From Intoshia linei (Eukaryota > Animalia > Orthonectida): DNA of 64,000 nt. The stretch is from assembly GCA_001642005.1 (NCBI GenBank), contig LWCA01000025.1, forward strand, positions 1-64,000, written 5' to 3'. Below, in pieces: positions 24,815 to 38,200 of this stretch (its first letter is position 1; the number at the start of each line of letters is the position of its first letter). The position numbers and the translations under genes are program-made. Under the pieces are notes generated by a model. The model was not told where the DNA came from. It made no database searches and saw only the letters and a program-made list of their open reading frames with translations.

Positions 24815-26877
24815 AAATATACTCGTAGATCAACTTTGATATTTTTAGTGAAATTTTATTGATATGGATTTAATATACATAAATATTCCATTTAAACTCT
24901 GTTTGATTGAAAATTTGATATTAATGATATTACCAACCTATTTAATAATCAACTAATTAACAATTAACATTTGTTACAGCTTTAACAGTAAAAAATGTGA
25001 TAAATTGTAGAATATTTTTTTTGATGATTTTAGTGAAAATTTAATTAATTGAGGTTACGTATTATATTGAATAGTGAGATAAAAATGTAGTTAAGAGTTA
25101 TTTCCGAAATTCAAAAAAATTTATTCACGTAATTAGACTATAAAATGTTAAGACGCTATGAATTGAATTTATTATTTACGTTAAACATTTAGTGTATGAA
25201 AAAATTATGAATTATAACCACAAAATGGTGATCCATCGCTAGTTACTGATAACTGAACATTTTAATTAACATTAATATAATTATAATTAACATCAATAAT
25301 TATAAATTTTTTATTTTTTTTCTAGTTTACCCGACCCACGAACTGTTAGCTTATAATGATCAATGATTTACAAATTTTGTCCAAAAATATTTTTATTTAC
25401 TTTTCGCATAGATAGGTAGAAAATAATTTAAGGTAATAATATTTTTATTTTCGCATTAAATATAACATTTTTCAACAATTTTCTTTAATGCAACTTTCTT
25501 TCGACCGAGAGATAAATTAAAACAATCAAGGTTACAAAAAATATTGATATTTTGTTATGGTATTTAATAATATGTCCAACCATAATGAATCGGTGTGCAC
25601 GAGCTGTAATGAAAATTTGGATAAAGCTAAGCACATACAATTTGAGAAATTTCGATCCGTGAAAATTATTAACTGATACTAAAAAAATACATTAGTGACA
25701 CCCATAGTCATGTAGAGGCCTATAAGTCCTCATAGTTAAGTGGCCTAGAGGCTACTATTCTAAATGAATAGGTGATGTTAGAACAATTTTCCGTTCATTG
25801 GGCATTTTAATCTTATAGTATATTAAGATTTTTTTATAAAAGTAGGGATTCGCTAAAAAAATGTTTTTCAATAGTTGGATAAAAAAATCAAACATTTGTT
25901 TAATTTGTATAAAGGGTCCACAATTTTGAATCTAACCCACTCATTCTCTCTCAATCACTCTTGGCTTTCCATGGCACTGGTGACAACATCAAAAACTATA
26001 ATTTACTAAATTTGTTGATGTAATAGTTGTACTCAGTGCCAAAAATACCTTACTGATGCACCTATTCGGGGGACTCGACGAAATGTTTGTAAAATAGTGT
26101 CCTCATTTTTATAAAATTGAGTAAATAATGTAATCGGTAAATTTAACAATCAACTTAAAACATGTCTTAAATAATGCACCAAATGAATATTTATCTTAAT
26201 GTTAAAACCATTTAAAACCTAAGCAACATTGAGAATTTAAAGTTGGCATATATTGATCAAGAATCGTGATAGTTTATATCATGTAATAATTATAATATAT
26301 AAAGTTAATTATAGTATTGCGACATTTTCAAAGTTCAAATTTACAAAAATTTAATGTATTGGAATTTTTTGTGATTGACAATTTTTAGGAACATTGTATG
26401 TATTTTAAGCTATTTATAATGGGTGAAATCGTCACGAAAAATTGACCGTGGACTCATAGATTTTCAATTTTTCGCTAATTTACAATATATTACTTACATT
26501 ACCCAAGTCAACATGTCTTTTTTACAAGTTTCATAGACTGCCGATAATTTCATTAGTCAGTCAGACTAAAAGTGATGTAATAAATTTTTGACCAAAAAAA
26601 TTAGAGACCATAATATACAATACGAAATTTGTATTACAAATACCAGTGTAGAAAATTTTATTCATCAATTCAATCATGCAGACGTTGAGACGAAGTGAAC
26701 AAAACAGTTAAGCAAACATACCGGTGACAGCCTTTCACATGCATTATACACCATAACATAGTTATCAGCGATGAATGGTAATTAATAAATGATAGACTTG
26801 TTGAAACTTACATTTTTACACTTTGGAAAACACACGTTAACATTTGTAATTGAAAAGTAATCCAATACAGAAACCAT

Positions 26878-28168
26878 TCTTTACTTATATACAATTTAAT
26901 GTCTATGTGTGTTACCGTTTATTTGAAAATGAACAGTCCTAGCATTTAAAAAACACATTCTAGAGCAGTGTTTCGAGAGTGATGTTTTTATGTAAGTTTC
27001 ATTGGCAGTAATTGAGTCCATGATCAAAAACCTAATTTGCCTTTTTTTAAAATAAATCACCCTATAATTTAAAAAAACATGAACTTGGGGACGTACTTTA
27101 AAGTCATTAACGTTGTATTAAATCTAAACTTCATAAAAATGTATTTTCGCGTTCAAAATCACATATTACCATTTTTTTTTAAATGAAAAGATTTCTAGAA
27201 TCTTAAAAAAAATTACAGCTAATAGAGTTATTGCTAGTATATAATACTAGTATAAACCAGTGGTTTTCAACCTTTTTGTGTTCGCGGCCCCCTTATAAAC
27301 ATAAAAAATTTTCGCGACCTAAAAATTTTCTACATACACCAAACATGTACTCCAAACATCTTATCAATTCACATAAATGAAAATATTAAAGAAGCACATT
27401 CAGTTTTATTTATATTTTCTACTGTGTTCAAATTCTCACGACCCCCCGGTTAAAAACCACTGATATAAACTATATATACTACATACTGTATATAAACGAA
27501 TTTAATTTCACCAAGTGACGTTTACACGGTTAAAAAAATTACTTATCTCTCGTATCTTTAGATTATTTTGATACGTTTTATTCCAGTTGATATCGTTAAA
27601 AAATTTTAACCTCAGAAATCTACGCATTACCAGTGAAAAATAACTTTTACTATATTATCAACCAATATTTTTCAACTTTATGAATTAAAATTAAAAATGA
27701 AAATTCAAATATTCATCCTACAATTTCAAAAAAAGTTAGAATTGACCGTATACATATTTGAAATATGGGTTTCACCCTCATAAATTGATTCCTTCTGTTT
27801 TTTTATCATTACTACGCAATTTCTCATTTTTAAAAATGTTGAAAAGTTCATATTGTAAACTTTAGATTTGATATTAAATACAAATTAAGTATAACTTTGT
27901 TAGTTTAATATTAAAATTTATTTCAATGTTTATAAGATTGCTTCATTCGAAATGTATGACAGAAGAAAAAAGTGTGTATTACAGATAATTGGAAATTTTA
28001 TTTTTTTGTTATTTACGACGATTTTTTAGGGTTGTAACTATAATTTTATTGTTTTTAAGAGTATTCACTATTTGTATATAATCAATTAAAAATCCGTATT
28101 GAAATTAAAAAGTCGGCCCTCAGCAGAGCTAGCTTCTGTTAGTGCGAAGTACATAAAAGTCAAGCTAA
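26878..28168 (+). mobile_element. Helitron-like element (second subfamily) with nested MITE
   Basis: 5' end TCTTTACTTATATACAATTTAATGTCTATGTGTGTTACCG. 3' end CCCTCAGCAGAGCTAG...ACATAAAAGTCAAGCTAA is homologous to the hairpin end of the 15223 and 38422 copies. Confidence 0.6.
27258..27462. mobile_element. hAT/Charlie-like MITE
   Basis: TIR CAGTGGTTTTCAACC / GGTTAAAAACCACTG; TSD GTATAAAC / ATATAAAC (7 of 8 match). Confidence 0.85.
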
Positions 28169-30479
28169 TAATGTCAGAGAGTAATAACTAAAAAATGGCA
28201 CTTTATGACAGTAAATAAACATTAAGAAATGATAAGATTTAATGAACTTGGTTGAATTTAGAAATGTGTATTATTAAATTAAAGGTCAAGTGAACAAGGT
28301 TGAACAAAGTAAATGTGACGAATAATCGTTTGAACTGGTTACAGTGATTTTATAAATGAAACTTGTACTCTTGATTGATAAGTGTAAAGAATGTTTTGTA
28401 AATTTCAAGTGATTTGTTAATATCTAAAAAATGAAACATGGTGGGATACCAAAAGCTAAATTAAAGTGTAATGTATTGAATTGAATTAACTTTCAAACCA
28501 TATAAAACGAAAATTTACCATGTTCACCCGTTGCATTGTTAATTTAAATAATTAACAGTTGACATGTTTGACTGAATTACGTGTCAAGTAAAGCATTGAA
28601 TACAAATTTTACTTAAAAATTATAATTTAATATTAGCGTGACCTTCGTACCACAGACAAAAATTAAAATGTAATCAAACAGTCACAATATATACGGCATA
28701 TTATATTCATACCATTATTCGCATGATAAAAACCAAACAATACTTTCAATTTGTGAAAAGGTTTTACATTTCTTTGTGCAATATGGTCAACAGCGGTTGA
28801 ACAATGAACAATATGAAATTTGAATTTATTCACACTACTACTATTCAATATAAACCTTGACATGACATCATTTAATCGCATTCGTTTCATGGTTATATGT
28901 GATTTATGCTTCAGTGTGGCAATAGATTAGTCTAGGTAAATTACGTGCTGCGTCATTACTTATGTTTGGACCTAAGCATCCATTATCTTGTCAATTACTT
29001 GCTGAGTCAATAACAAACAAGACGTTAAATACAATATTCGTTTAATCAAAATTAAAATTTGCTTCCACTAATCAATCACACTATGCCCTACCTCTCTACT
29101 AGTTTCACTCGCATTAAATCAATTACATTTTTATCGAATGTTTCAACAAGGTCGATACATTCATAAAGGCCACGCCCATTGGCCTATGATATGAATTTTA
29201 TTTAATTTATTATAACATGGTACTAGCTAAAAGTCAGTCGACATAATTATCAACATTATACACCAATAATATATTACAGTAGACGTTCTATCATAGTTCA
29301 TTATTCAACTTGCCAAATAAAATTATTAAAGGAAAGATCACGAGTTTTGATAATCTCTATCTATTGCAATATATTTTATAGATATCAACATTCTATTTGC
29401 TTGTTAAGGTATTTTTTTTATTAAGATTTATGTAATTTATTTCACCCATTTCTACAAATGTATAAAAAGTTACAAAATTTCGTGTAGGCAATTGTGATGT
29501 TTCCTGTGTCGCTAGTTCAACAATATGTATTTTGTAAAAATTGGCTGAATATTAAAATTTTATTTTTAACGTTAATGCTTATTATCAAAGTATTTTAATG
29601 TTACACAAACAGACTGCTTAAGATAGTCAGATAAGTATGCAATATTCCCGTGTACATGGAATGTTATTAGAATTAAAATTTAACTTCATTCATACAGTTT
29701 TAATTTACACAAGCATAAACAATATAAATCGCTCATTTTTTTTAAACTAGGCTTTTGTGTCGACAACGTTCTCATATATATAAAAATAGGGTCAACGTGG
29801 TATCAAAGAAAAGCTAGTGAAACAGTAAATTAATTATTTTTATTAAAATTACTTTAATAAAAGACTCACATGTTATATCATCAAATATTACTAAGAGGCT
29901 AAAAGGCTAAAAATGCACTGCTATGCAGAGCCGTCTTAAGCCACTTTGTGGATCAGAGCTAAGCAAAGGGCCTCCGACCCTTTATAGTTTTAAAGAGCGA
30001 AGCTAGAAAAAATTATCGATCGAAGCGATAAAAAAATTTAGGGCCCTTTAATAGAAGACAGAGCATACTGTTGGTTGGATACTTAGAGTCTTATTTCATT
30101 GAGTATTAATAAAGGCAATAAAAGATATTATGTAGGTTTCTAGTAACTTTTATTTCTTTTACAAAAACTTACTTAATTAATTGAAAATTAATAAGAGAAA
30201 ATAATATATCTCCTTTTTCTTTTTTGAATATTCACTTAATAGAAAGGTTTTAATATTTAATATTATCATTTAAAACAGTTTATATGTCAATATTATATTA
30301 TGAACAATGTAGAATATATTTTCATTCCAGTTGCCCAATAGATAAAATATCAACCACGTAAATTCTATAATTCCTAGTCTAGGTCTAAGAAGATTTATAC
30401 CCACATCTCTTTATTGAAAATTATTGGAAAGACGTTCAATGGATACTTTTATTGAGATTGTAGAATGAATATTTACATT

Positions 30480-31135
30480 TTTAATTTTAATTCAAAGATT
30501 TTAAAAATATTGGTTGATGACATATTAAAAACTAGTTTTCAAGAGTATGCGTAGATTTCATACGTTGAAATATTGTATATAGATCAACTGGAATAAACTG
30601 CATGATAATATTTTTTGTTTCTGTTTGATAATTAAATTGTCATTAAATAAAAAAATCGCTTTGTGAAATTAAATTTTTTGTGAGTAATTTACCTGGAAAT
30701 AAAACTATTATATGTAATTTTTTTTAAATTCTAGAAATGTTTTTATTTTTAAAAAAATGGGTAAATTGTGGTTTTGATCGTGAAAATGCACTTTTTTGAG
30801 GTTGAATTATGGTAATGCTTATGATTTAAAAAAAGGGTCATATGGTTATTAAGAATGAAGATGTCTTTTTTGATTTTGAGATTTACGAAAATTATAATCA
30901 TTTTAAACGCGTCCCAGAATTTATGTTTTTTTAAAATTCTAGGGCTGATTTACGTATTGAAAAAAAAAATGGGGTTATCCCCTATGCCCTAAAAGACTCA
31001 ATAACTCATATATACGATAAAAAATTACTCTTTAAAAACTGTATTAAATGTTGGGTTTTTTAAATTCTAGGACTGTTTATTTTTTAAATAAACGGTAACA
31101 CACACACAATCATTCAATTTTATATATGTAAAAGA
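30480..31135 (-). mobile_element. Helitron-like copy
   Basis: Shares AATATTGGTTGAT..ATATTAAAA, CAACTGGAATAA, TTAAATTCTAGGGCTG and AAACGGTAACACACAC blocks with the other copies; TC start at 31135. Confidence 0.6.
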
Positions 31136-32409
31136 CTGAAAAATTCTATTATGATTATTACTATATAAACTTAGGAGTCACTGCAATTTTACTTTTTAAA
31201 TTTGAATTGATGTACTACATTAATATCGCAATACTGAATTATAAAGAGAAAAAATTACCTGAAATTAAAAATTGAGTTCAATTAAATGTAATGAAATTGG
31301 CTGATTAAACAATTTTTAATTTGAATCTATTCACAAAAATATGATGTGACTGTTTTGATATTTAAACTAGATTATAATTTAATTAACGTATTAATACATC
31401 ATGTAATCAAAAATAAATTTTTTGAAATGAGACAAAAAATCTATATCAATTCTTATTTCACTTGTTTAACTTCCATATTAATTATTTAAGGCTATTTTAT
31501 GTCATAATGTCATAATTACATCAATTCAGTTTGGCTTAACACTTAGACAGTAATGATATTGGCTTTTATTATTATGTCAGTTTTAATCGGCGATTGAAAT
31601 GAAAGAAATCAATCATAAATAATTGTTACTTGGTGTATTAATTATAACGATATACCTCAATTTTGTTTTCGTTTTTTCTATTGTGCACATTATTTGTACA
31701 TTAATTACAGTAATTAACACTTACTTGTTCATAAAATAGGGGCTTTCATTTTTATCAAATTTTAAAATTTCACTGCTTCACTGCTAAATCATATTCACTT
31801 TTTCTACTTTGCTTATTAAGACTCGCTACTTATCCTTTTTATTTGATTAATATTGTAAATATGAAAATAATAATTGTATATATATTATAATATGATAATA
31901 TATGTATTAATAATTTTGCGTTAATTAACCCATTTATTTAAAAGGTATGTATTTATGACACTTATTTTATAAATTTTAAAATGATTTTCTAAACATCGAA
32001 AAATGTTATTATTTCGTAGATTAATACATATATGTATGTATGACGATAAACATCGTTAGGAAATCAAAAAATGAGAGCTAAAGCCAAATATATGTTACTT
32101 TTTTTTAACCAAAATATAAAACACTAAAAGTATGTTGTGAAGAAAATATTAACATGTCAAATTGATAATTTCAATGTAAATTAATAAAATATTAACGGGT
32201 GGTAATTTTTACTCATAGAGCTTTAACCTTAATAGTATTAACGATATTGACCTTATTGAGTATGTTTTGATGTATAAACAGAAAAGTTGAAACTAATATA
32301 AATAGATTAAAGAAACTATCTTCAAAGTATTTCTTATTGACCCGAGGGATAATAATACAATTTTACAGTTGATAATAGTAATAGTAGTCACCAAATTTTT
32401 ACATTTTAA

Positions 32410-32589
32410 CAGTTTATTTTTTTAAATTTGTTTCTAGCTCAATTTTTTTGGATATTATGGAATTCATATTATGCAATTGAATAAAATTTAAACAATTTTA
32501 ATTGTCTATTTAGCCAGAATTCGAGAAATTAAATCGTTAATAAAATCCAAAAAAAATTGAGCCAGGAACAAATTTAAAAAAATAAACTG
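32410..32589. mobile_element. Tc1/mariner-type MITE with about 44-bp TIRs
   Basis: CAGTTTATTTTTTTAAATTTGTTTCTAGCTCAATTTTTTTGGAT versus ATCCAAAAAAAATTGAGCCAGGAACAAATTTAAAAAAATAAACTG, followed by TA. Confidence 0.8.
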
Positions 32590-32829
32590 TATAACTAAAC
32601 ACGATGAACAATATTATAAAGTCGGTACCACACTTAAAAGCTCAAACACCAATTTACGTTAAATAAAGTTCAGTTTTAATTTCTCCATAATATTTAGACA
32701 GTGATATTTAAAATGACAAAGCAACTCGAATAGATAGCGTTAAATGTTTTTGATTGCAATTTAGTTTTTCTATTTTAAAAATACACACTTTAGTGCTCTT
32801 GATTTTTTGATGGGTGTGACACCCTCGTG

Positions 32830-33220
32830 CAGGGGTTTTCAAATTTTTTGACTTTTTGGTCCATTTTTAATTTTAATTTTGGATAAAGCATCTCAAATCA
32901 TCAGTGACATATAGTTTATTTCTAGATTTTGTTTTTATTTGTACGAGTGTTGAAAATGTCTTTTCACATTCATAGGTTGTTGGAAACGGCATAAGTATTT
33001 TGATAATCATTTTAGAAAGGTTTGGATATGATTGTGCCTTAGCTATCCAAAATTCAGTTATCGTACTTTTAGGAAATGTTATTTTGGCAGAGCCATTATT
33101 AATTAATTCTATGAAAACTAATTCCTTGTTTAAATTAATAACAAAAATTATTTAAATCAATTTATTTTTTATAATTCAAAATTTTATTAAAACTTGCGGA
33201 CCCAAATTTGAGAACCATTG
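32830..33220. mobile_element. hAT MITE inserted into an hATm-like terminus
   Basis: Termini CAGGGGTTTTCAAATTT and AAATTTGAGAACCATTG; TSD CCCTCGTG / CCCTAGTG. Removing the insert restores GTGACACCCTAG. Confidence 0.7.
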
Positions 33221-35245
33221 CCCTAGTGTGTATAATACTAAAAATAAAGTAAAAACAGTCCAATCCTAAAAATTGTCATAAATAGCATAAATTCTAGAAA
33301 AAATAAATTTATAAAAACCTATTTTATTGTTTTCAATGTGATGATATATATTCAGTACCAAATTTAGTGAAATGACTGCTGATTAAAAAAATGAAATTGG
33401 ATAAAAATAAAATTTATAAATATGGAAAAATTTTTAAAAAAAATTATGCGGTCCATAGGTTTTCCATGCTTATGCCCATACTTATTTTAAACAAATATTT
33501 TCAAATAAACAATTAAGACCAAAAAATATACTTAAAAGTGTATAGTTAACGTATACAAAATACTAAACATTAATAATTCTCATTGTCTAAATTGTCATAA
33601 AATGTGAAATTATGACGCATCATTGGTTAAATTCATTTTTCATTCATTCATTCAACTATAAGAGCTAATAAAATGTACAATTTCATTAATCTAAATGTTT
33701 AGTTAAGTTTGAATATAAAAGTTACAAATTAATATAAAATAAACAAATATTATGTCAACTTTAAAATACAATAATTTAGAAAATATACTCTAAAGTGTTG
33801 AAGATACTACTCCATATTAAAATTTTCTTGATATTTATGAATAATTATTATATTATTAATGTGAATCATGAAACTTTTAAATTTAATTGAGATTCAGTAT
33901 ACATAATTATGTCTATATCAAAACAATTACTTTCTTAATTTTTTATTTGTTTATTCAATTTTTCGTTATTTAAAAGATGACAAACTTTAAAAAAAGTAAA
34001 TTAAAAAAGTTTGGTTATAATAAAAATGTATTATAGTGTATATAATCAAATAATACATTATTATAATACACCATTAAGACTTATTAAGCGTTTACCCGTT
34101 GCCTTTGACACTTGTTGACTGGTAAAATGGGTAAATTTAAATTAGAGTTTAAGACTTAGATTTTCAACGGTGCACTACGGTCAATCATTATTTCTCATTG
34201 ACATAGAAACAAATATGATCTTTGAATATGTTTTTTTATTTTTATACATATTATTGACCCAGCAAGATGGTCTGCAAACGCTGATCTAAAATATACTCTC
34301 CAATAAAAATATAAATGCAAAGAAACTTGCCTATTAAATATAATTCAAACTACCGTAATAATACTAATTTATTGAAACACTTAAAAACTAATCATTATAT
34401 TTTCAATTGATTTAATCGGATGTAAGAATTGGGATATTTAAATGTATTCTAAATAAAATTGTATAATTAACTTCAGAGCAATCTTTATCTGGCATAAAAC
34501 AACTTTGTTGAAAGATAATAATTTTAAAGAATAAGTATTGTAAATATTATAATCTATATGTAAAAGTAAAAAAAACTGAAATAAATTAACAAAATATTGA
34601 ACTGTGAATAAAATTTTAATTATTTAAATGTACTATATATTTAAACATGTATATTAAAAAAGGGAATAATTTAAAATACTTTAAATTTAGCCTTGCTAAT
34701 CAGTGGAAATAGTATAACCACGGTTGATTAAACAAAACAAATCAAATTAATCCAAAAAAGCATATTTTGCATAATTGAAAAGTTGAAAAGGTAAATAAAC
34801 TATTTTTGTGAATTTAAAAAGTGAGATTTTAGTGGATGATAGAATAATTTGGATATAAATTAAGTCATAAATCAACATTGAGATTGTTTAAAGCTAACTG
34901 AACCATATCTACTGTATAAAATGTGGAAATAACAAGATAGTTTGTCATAATTGGACAAGTGACAAAGTGTATATAGAACAAATACAATTGAAAAATATCC
35001 ATAAATCAACAAATCAATACACCCGGTAAAAGGTTAATCAATTGGAATCATTGAAAGAGAAATTTGTTAAAGCAGCTTAAATAATTTACTTTAACCGGTT
35101 CGATTCCGTCAACTCTACATTTCTTAAATCGTTCCATTCAAATTCTATTAAAAAATAAATATAAAAATTTTACCATAAATAGTCATTAGACAAACACTTG
35201 TCAATTATTATTGTATTTATCTACAAAATGTGTCATTAAATACAA

Positions 35246-38200
35246 ATGGAAGTTAGCAAATCTGCCACCTGTAAGCGCACCCCCATGAACGTTCCAATTG
35301 TCAAAAATAAAGAGCAATGTCCTGTTCTCTTGCGCATAACTCCCGCAGGAACAGAGAGTCGTACACTATACGAAAATTGCTACGAGTACTCGAATATTAA
35401 ACATAAAAATGACTATTCAAATTTCGAAAAAGACTATAATCAAAATAGTACATTGTTAAATTGGTACAAAACGTTCAACAGTGCTCCAAATTCAAGCTTA
35501 AAATTGCACGCACAGCTGACAGACGCAAATAAAGTCAATTTATCTAATATAAAAAATGAAAATTTAAAATTCGATCAAAATATTTCAAAAGATGCATCTG
35601 GGCCAAATTTAAAAAATAATTATAGTTTGTATGCAAATTTTACCTCTCAAAAAGACCCTTGTGCCATAATGCAAGATTCTAATATGAAAAGCAGTATTGT
35701 TAAAAAAGAAACTAGCGATTTAAAAATGGAAAAAAAAAGTGAAAAGGAATCGAGTTTTTCCGATTCAAACATGTTTTTCAGTTTCAGTCAGTTTGATTCG
35801 AGTTATGTTAAGGACAAATTTACTTTGCCATCAAAATCAGATTACAATAAAAAAATTTTAAATTTCCCTAAACAAGAATTTCAATCTGACAAGCCTGCCA
35901 ATGGTGTTAAAAATGAAACGCCAACTTTTGACCAAGAATCCCAAAAGGATAAAATTTTATCAGATTGTTCGGTTAGCAAATCGAGTAATGTAAATACACC
36001 TGAACCCGCTAAAAAACCTCGCTTAGAAAATTCAAATTTGTAATTATTGTTTAGTCATTTTTCAATATTTTTAGAATTTGCTCAAAATCAAAACCAAGCA
36101 CGGAATCTTCATATAAAAACAATTCAGCCAATCAAATTGCATGCGTCGTTTGTTCCGATAAAAGCTCTGGCAAACATTATGGACAATTTACTTGTGAAGG
36201 TTGCAAATCATTTTTTAAACGTTCTGTCAGACGCAATTTAACTTATACTTGTCGTGGTACACGCTCATGCCCTATAGATCAACATCATCGTAATCAATGT
36301 CAACATTGTAGGTTTAAAAAATGTCTTAAAATGGGAATGCGTCGTGAAGGTATTTCATAATATTATATAAGATTTAACTGTTTTAATTATTTAATTCAAT
36401 GATATTGGAAATATTCACTAGAGAAATAATTACCAGACTAGTTTTAATTTAATTTAATGCTATATTTACCACCTTTAACATTACATTGATTAAATTTTGT
36501 CAACTTTTTATTTAATTTATTTTCGACATGTTCAATTAATTGGTCAAATTTTTTGTTTTGTGTCAATATTAATATAATTACATTATGAGACGTTTTAATT
36601 TTTATTATTTTTTAATGTGTATTATAATATTAATATGAAATCAAAATAAAACTAAACACCTAATATTTATCAATCAAAAATAATTTTGATATGTTTTGAG
36701 TAGACAACAACACGGTGAAGACTTAATTTAGTGAGATTGATAATTTTTGTGGGTGTTTATTGAAAATAACACTTTTAGTTGTCATTTTTTTAAAATTCTA
36801 GTACTATTGGTTATTTTTTATTTTCCAAAATAATGACAATTTAATCTTGTTAAAATAAATTTTTTGGATGCGTCGCGCCAAATAAAATGTTTTAAATTAA
36901 TCTGAATTGTACTAATATCGTATTATTAATTTAATTTTTGAACTGGAAGGACTCAATTTCTGAAAATAAAATTTGCAATAAAACCTCACCCGAATATCTG
37001 TAATAGAATCATGGAATTTTTAAAACTCGGCTCCACTTATTTTTTAATTAAAATGGACAAGACACGCTAATAAATAAACCGACATACACTTTTGACTAAA
37101 TTACTTTATAAGGATTAAAATGAAAATAACAACATTAATATAAGTAAATAATGTCACCTTATTATAATAATACTTTATAACTCGAGTATCGACATAATAA
37201 CATCCATTAACACTATAAATCCAATTATCAGTTTGTGTAAACGTTGTCAAACGTAGTTACTCGAGATAAGGTTTTTTGAGATGATAACTGAACACTTTCA
37301 TAAATTTTTAACAATTTTAATTGAAAGAATTACCATTGTTGTATAATTTATATATTTGTAATTGATTAATACTTTTAGCTGTTCAACGAGGCAGAGTACC
37401 ATCAACATTTAATCACGCAGCAGTGGCTAACTATGTGGTCACTGCGGCAGGATTATCTCAATTTATGGGCCGTAACAATGCAATAGATGCGCGGACCCCA
37501 TTTGCATCACCGCAACACTCATATTTATCCACCTACATATCAATGCTACTAAGAGCCGAACCTTACCCATTAGCTCGGTACGGACAAAGCCTACAGGGTT
37601 CAAACGGTAACGCTATGGGAATTGACAATATTTGCGAATTGGCTGCCCGAATTTTATTTAGTGCCGTTGAATGGGCTAAAAGGATGCCATTCTTCCCAGA
37701 TTTAAATGTTTCGGATCAAATAGCTCTACTACGTCTCAATTGGGGTGATTTATTTGTTTTGAATGCAGCACAATCATCAATGCCTATACACGTTGCACCT
37801 TTGCTAGCTGCAGCCGGAATGAGAAATTTACCATTAGCAGCCAATACAGTTGTGTCATTTATGGATCATATTCGTATATTTCAAGAACAAATTGAAAAAC
37901 TAAAAGCCTTAAACGTTGACTCTGCTGAATATACTTGCCTAAAATCAATCGTACTATTTATGACTGGTAATTCATTCATCTTTAATGAAATATATTCAAT
38001 GTTCTAAATCTGTGCTCCCCATTTTTTAAAAAACTAAAAGCCTAGATCTAAGCCCTAGAATATGCATCAAAACAAATTCCAAGACAGTTTTTCAATATTT
38101 TAGTATCTTAAATATGAATTTTAGAAATTGACATATTTATATTGAAAAACGCATAAATATCAGCATTTTAAACATGTTTTATTAAAATTTCAATTTCAAA

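Noticed and set aside
28663-28890. 75-aa minus-strand ORF in the COUP-TF upstream gap
   Set aside because: No recognisable motif or partner exons; compatible with chance.
36047-36241. 64-aa ORF in the track
   Set aside because: Wrong frame; the real exon encodes the COUP-TF zinc fingers in another frame.
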